Shown one piece after another: positions 24,559 to 27,059 of a stretch of 27,059 bases of DNA. Under the pieces are notes generated by a model. It was not told the DNA's origin. It saw only the letters and a program-made list of their open reading frames with translations, and did not search any database. The stretch covers positions 1-27,059 of IMG/VR virus record IMGVR_UViG_3300006869_000083, one strand, 5' to 3'. The first letter of the stretch is position 1. Every line of letters begins with the position of its first letter. Source of the stretch: a virus. Lineage: Duplodnaviria > Caudoviricetes. Made by a program: the position numbers and the translations under genes.

Positions 24559-26220
24559 ATGGCAAATTTTAATGTAGACCAAAATGGAAACATGTGGATA
24601 GGAACAAATGTTTCTAACACATTTAGTACTGCTCAATCTGATGCTAATACAAAGTTTTATGTAGAAAGTGACGGAACAATTAAAGCTGAAGCAGGAACTG
24701 TTGGTGGAATAGTAATTGACGCAGATGGTATTGAGTCTGATAACTTTGACGCTTCAACAAATACAGGTTGGAGACTTGATAATGCTACAGGAATAGCACA
24801 GTATTTTGACATTGATATAAACTTAGAGGCTTCTAATAACAACAGTCCATCAGATACACAATTTATTGGCTTTGGTGTTGGTTCTATATATGGAAATAGT
24901 AATTCTAACGATTTAGTTATAGCTGCACCTCAGGTTGCTATACAAGATAGCTCTGGCACTCCAGGAGCAACAAGCCCTTCATTAATATTTACAGATGGTA
25001 CTTATTCTAATCCAGGTTTTTATGCTGAAGAAAACAATGCAGACCAAAGAGCGGAATTTTACTTTTCTAATGGTACACACGATATATTCCACACAAGGTC
25101 TGGGATGAACACTCTTTACTTAGATGCAACTTATTTATCTGTACACGATGGTATTGGAAACAATGGTCAAGTATTAACTAGAACATCAAACGGCTTGGAA
25201 TGGGTTACTCCATCAGCAGGTACTGTTTATACTGCTGGAACTGCTCTTAGTTTATCTGGAAGTACTTTTAATGTTGATTTAGGAACTACATCTTCAACAG
25301 CTGCTTATGGAAATCATACCCACAGTTATGATAATTATAATAAATGGTTATTTCAAGCTAATGATTCTCTTGTAGGTAATGTACTAACTGGCTATGGTGT
25401 AAGTTTTAATAATGGTACAGGAACTACTGTTAGCACTGATAGTAGTCCATATAGAGTAAGATATAATGTAAATTTTGGTGCTAGTGGCACTAGCAATAGT
25501 GCTGCTAGGTCTGACCACGACCACGGAATTTCTACACACGTTCACACTTCTGTATTAAGTTTTAGTGCCAATGAAATAAATATTTATGGTTCTGTAAAAC
25601 CCAGCTCAAACAATAGTAGAACTATAGGTACATCATCTTCTTTAAGATTTGCTGATATGTATTCACAAGAATTTTATGGTCAATATTTTTATGGAACATT
25701 AATAAACTCATCATCAGAAAATGTAAAAACTAATATTGCAGATACTGGTTTAGGTTTAGATTTCATAGAAGCATTACCTATAAAGCAGTTTAACTATATT
25801 ACAGAAGGACACTCTGATAAAAAATATACTGGTGTTATAGCAGAAGATGTTCAAGATATACTAGATGCAAATGGTTGGGAAGATTATTACTTAGTTGTTG
25901 ATAATTCAGATACTTATAGATTTAATAATAGATGTCAGCACCCTGCAATATGTACCTGTGGAGATGAAGATTGTGAAGAAGGTAATTATTCTTGTCAAGA
26001 TGATTGTTGTAGTGCATATTTTAAATATACAGAAGAAGATGGAACTGTAACAAACTGGGTACACCATACTGTAGAAGAATGTGAAGCATTTGAAGTAGAT
26101 GGAAATAGACACCCACACTTTAATTATTATCAGCTAGTTGGTCCATTAGTAAAAGCTGTACAAGAACTAAGCACACAGATTTCAGATTTAACTGCTAGAG
26201 TAGAATTGTTGGAGGGATAA
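24559..26220 (+). CDS. Tail fiber/spike with C-terminal intramolecular chaperone (peptidase S74-like)
   Basis: GQVLT...LEW fiber motif; HxH motifs; SSENVKTNI..LGLDFI..L....F...GVIAEDV...Y..LVGPLVKAVQEL plus terminal coiled coil. Confidence 0.85.
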   Translation: MANFNVDQNGNMWIGTNVSNTFSTAQSDANTKFYVESDGTIKAEAGTVGGIVIDADGIESDNFDASTNTGWRLDNATGIAQYFDIDINLEASNNNSPSDTQFIGFGVGSIYGNSNSNDLVIAAPQVAIQDSSGTPGATSPSLIFTDGTYSNPGFYAEENNADQRAEFYFSNGTHDIFHTRSGMNTLYLDATYLSVHDGIGNNGQVLTRTSNGLEWVTPSAGTVYTAGTALSLSGSTFNVDLGTTSSTAAYGNHTHSYDNYNKWLFQANDSLVGNVLTGYGVSFNNGTGTTVSTDSSPYRVRYNVNFGASGTSNSAARSDHDHGISTHVHTSVLSFSANEINIYGSVKPSSNNSRTIGTSSSLRFADMYSQEFYGQYFYGTLINSSSENVKTNIADTGLGLDFIEALPIKQFNYITEGHSDKKYTGVIAEDVQDILDANGWEDYYLVVDNSDTYRFNNRCQHPAICTCGDEDCEEGNYSCQDDCCSAYFKYTEEDGTVTNWVHHTVEECEAFEVDGNRHPHFNYYQLVGPLVKAVQELSTQISDLTARVELLEG

Positions 26221-26489
26221 TGTCTGAAGAGCAAAAAGATTCAAAACCTTACGAAATAGAATATCGTTTCGTTAATGATACATTTAAAAAAGATTACATA
26301 TTAGCAAGAATTGCTGAAGCTGAGCGTGCTCACTTTGAGTTAATGGTTGATAGACTTGGCGAAGGTCACCCAGAATATGAAGAATGGCTTGATGCAGTAA
26401 ATAATGTAATGGAAGAAATTGAAAGACTAAAATTTATATACCGTCAGTTAGGAGGAAGTTTCGGTTCTGAGTTTATAAATAATGGCTGA
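26220..26489 (+). CDS. Small acidic helical hypothetical protein (possible fiber-associated chaperone)
   Basis: GGAGG RBS and TAATG coupling; 89 aa between two fiber genes. Confidence 0.65.
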   Translation: MSEEQKDSKPYEIEYRFVNDTFKKDYILARIAEAERAHFELMVDRLGEGHPEYEEWLDAVNNVMEEIERLKFIYRQLGGSFGSEFINNG

Positions 26490-27059
26490 TGTAACTCATA
26501 GTTCGACTAGCCAGATAAGCGGGAGCTCCTCAGCCGACCACGTATTTGACGTAGATTCCAATGGTACACCTTACGGTTACCAACTAAGTAATGCAACAGT
26601 AAACATATCAGATGTTGAACATGATATGTACCTTGATGGTCAGAGTATTTTATCTGACGGTACATTTGTAGTAGGTACAACTAATTCAAGTAAAATAATA
26701 TTTGCTCCTGATTCAACTCCACAAGTACAAATAACAACAGATGGTGCTTTAGACCTTTTATCTGGTAGATTTTTACTTAACGGAACTACCGGAAACGCTA
26801 ATCAAATTCTTAAAACAGATGGTTACGGAAATCTATCTTGGACTGACCTACCCTCACAACAGTACGCTTTTGGTGGGTTTGTTGTCTCAGGTCAGGACAC
26901 TGTACAGGCAGGTAATCTATCTGAAACACTAAGTTTAGTAGCTGGAAACAATGTAACTATAACTACAGACAATAATACTAAGACTATTACTATATCTTCA
27001 AGTGGTGGAGGTACAGGTAATGGATTTAGTACAGTAGTAGCTGGTGGTTCTAACCTTAT
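26482..27059 (+). CDS. Tail fiber-like protein, 3'-truncated (not in ORF track)
   Basis: Open from ATG 26482 (MADVTHSSTSQISG...) to the window end; Gly/Ser/Thr-rich; GNANQILKTDGYGNLSW and ETLSLVAGNNVTITT fiber-type motifs. Confidence 0.8.
   Translation, partial: MADVTHSSTSQISGSSSADHVFDVDSNGTPYGYQLSNATVNISDVEHDMYLDGQSILSDGTFVVGTTNSSKIIFAPDSTPQVQITTDGALDLLSGRFLLNGTTGNANQILKTDGYGNLSWTDLPSQQYAFGGFVVSGQDTVQAGNLSETLSLVAGNNVTITTDNNTKTITISSSGGGTGNGFSTVVAGGSNL

Larger units (their letters stand above)
1..27059 (+). mobile_element. Tailed-phage (siphovirus-like) virion morphogenesis module
   Basis: Canonical order protease-capsid-connectors-terminator-major tail-frameshifted chaperone-tape measure-tail tip/fibers, all on one strand and densely packed with TAATG stop/start overlaps. 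No sheath gene seen. Free phage versus prophage cannot be told from this window. Confidence 0.97.

Noticed and set aside
534-26118. All minus-strand ORFs in the track (e.g. 762..1385, 5753..6232, 14739..15170)
   Set aside because: They lie antisense to well-supported genes and have Ser/Phe/Leu-rich shadow composition with no recognisable motifs.
26863-26883. YAFGGFV as another copy of the GGR motif
   Set aside because: It lacks the Arg and sits within an ordinary fiber beta-repeat, so it is likely coincidental.
1-27059. tRNA, rRNA, CRISPR array, integrase/att site or diversity-generating repeats
   Set aside because: Intergenic gaps are very short and no such repeat or structural pattern was seen by eye.

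Overview
The window is one co-directional (+ strand), AT-rich head-and-tail morphogenesis module of a long-tailed, siphovirus-like phage. Gene order: HK97-type prohead protease (5'-truncated), major capsid protein, hairpin, three unannotated coupled micro-ORFs, small K/A/E-rich protein, head-tail adaptor, HTH/zinc-finger protein, head-closure protein, a 1708-aa protein in the slot of the normally small HK97-gp10-like protein, tail terminator, major tail protein, tail assembly chaperone with a -1 frameshift (CCCAAAA), 2098-aa tape measure protein, minor tail proteins and fibers (last one truncated). Most unusual points: (1) a tail-tip gene in which a LamG-like domain is cut in two by a stop/restart, with a GH24 lysozyme-like domain between the halves, plus a second mid-repeat split with the identical GATAATATG junction; (2) a protamine/AT-hook-like micro-peptide whose GGR motif recurs three times at the tape measure C-terminus; (3) the giant gp10-like protein; (4) TANNNT-N6-ATG leaderless-type promoters, suggesting a low-GC actinobacterial host. 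All family assignments come from motif recognition and gene order by eye, not database searches.
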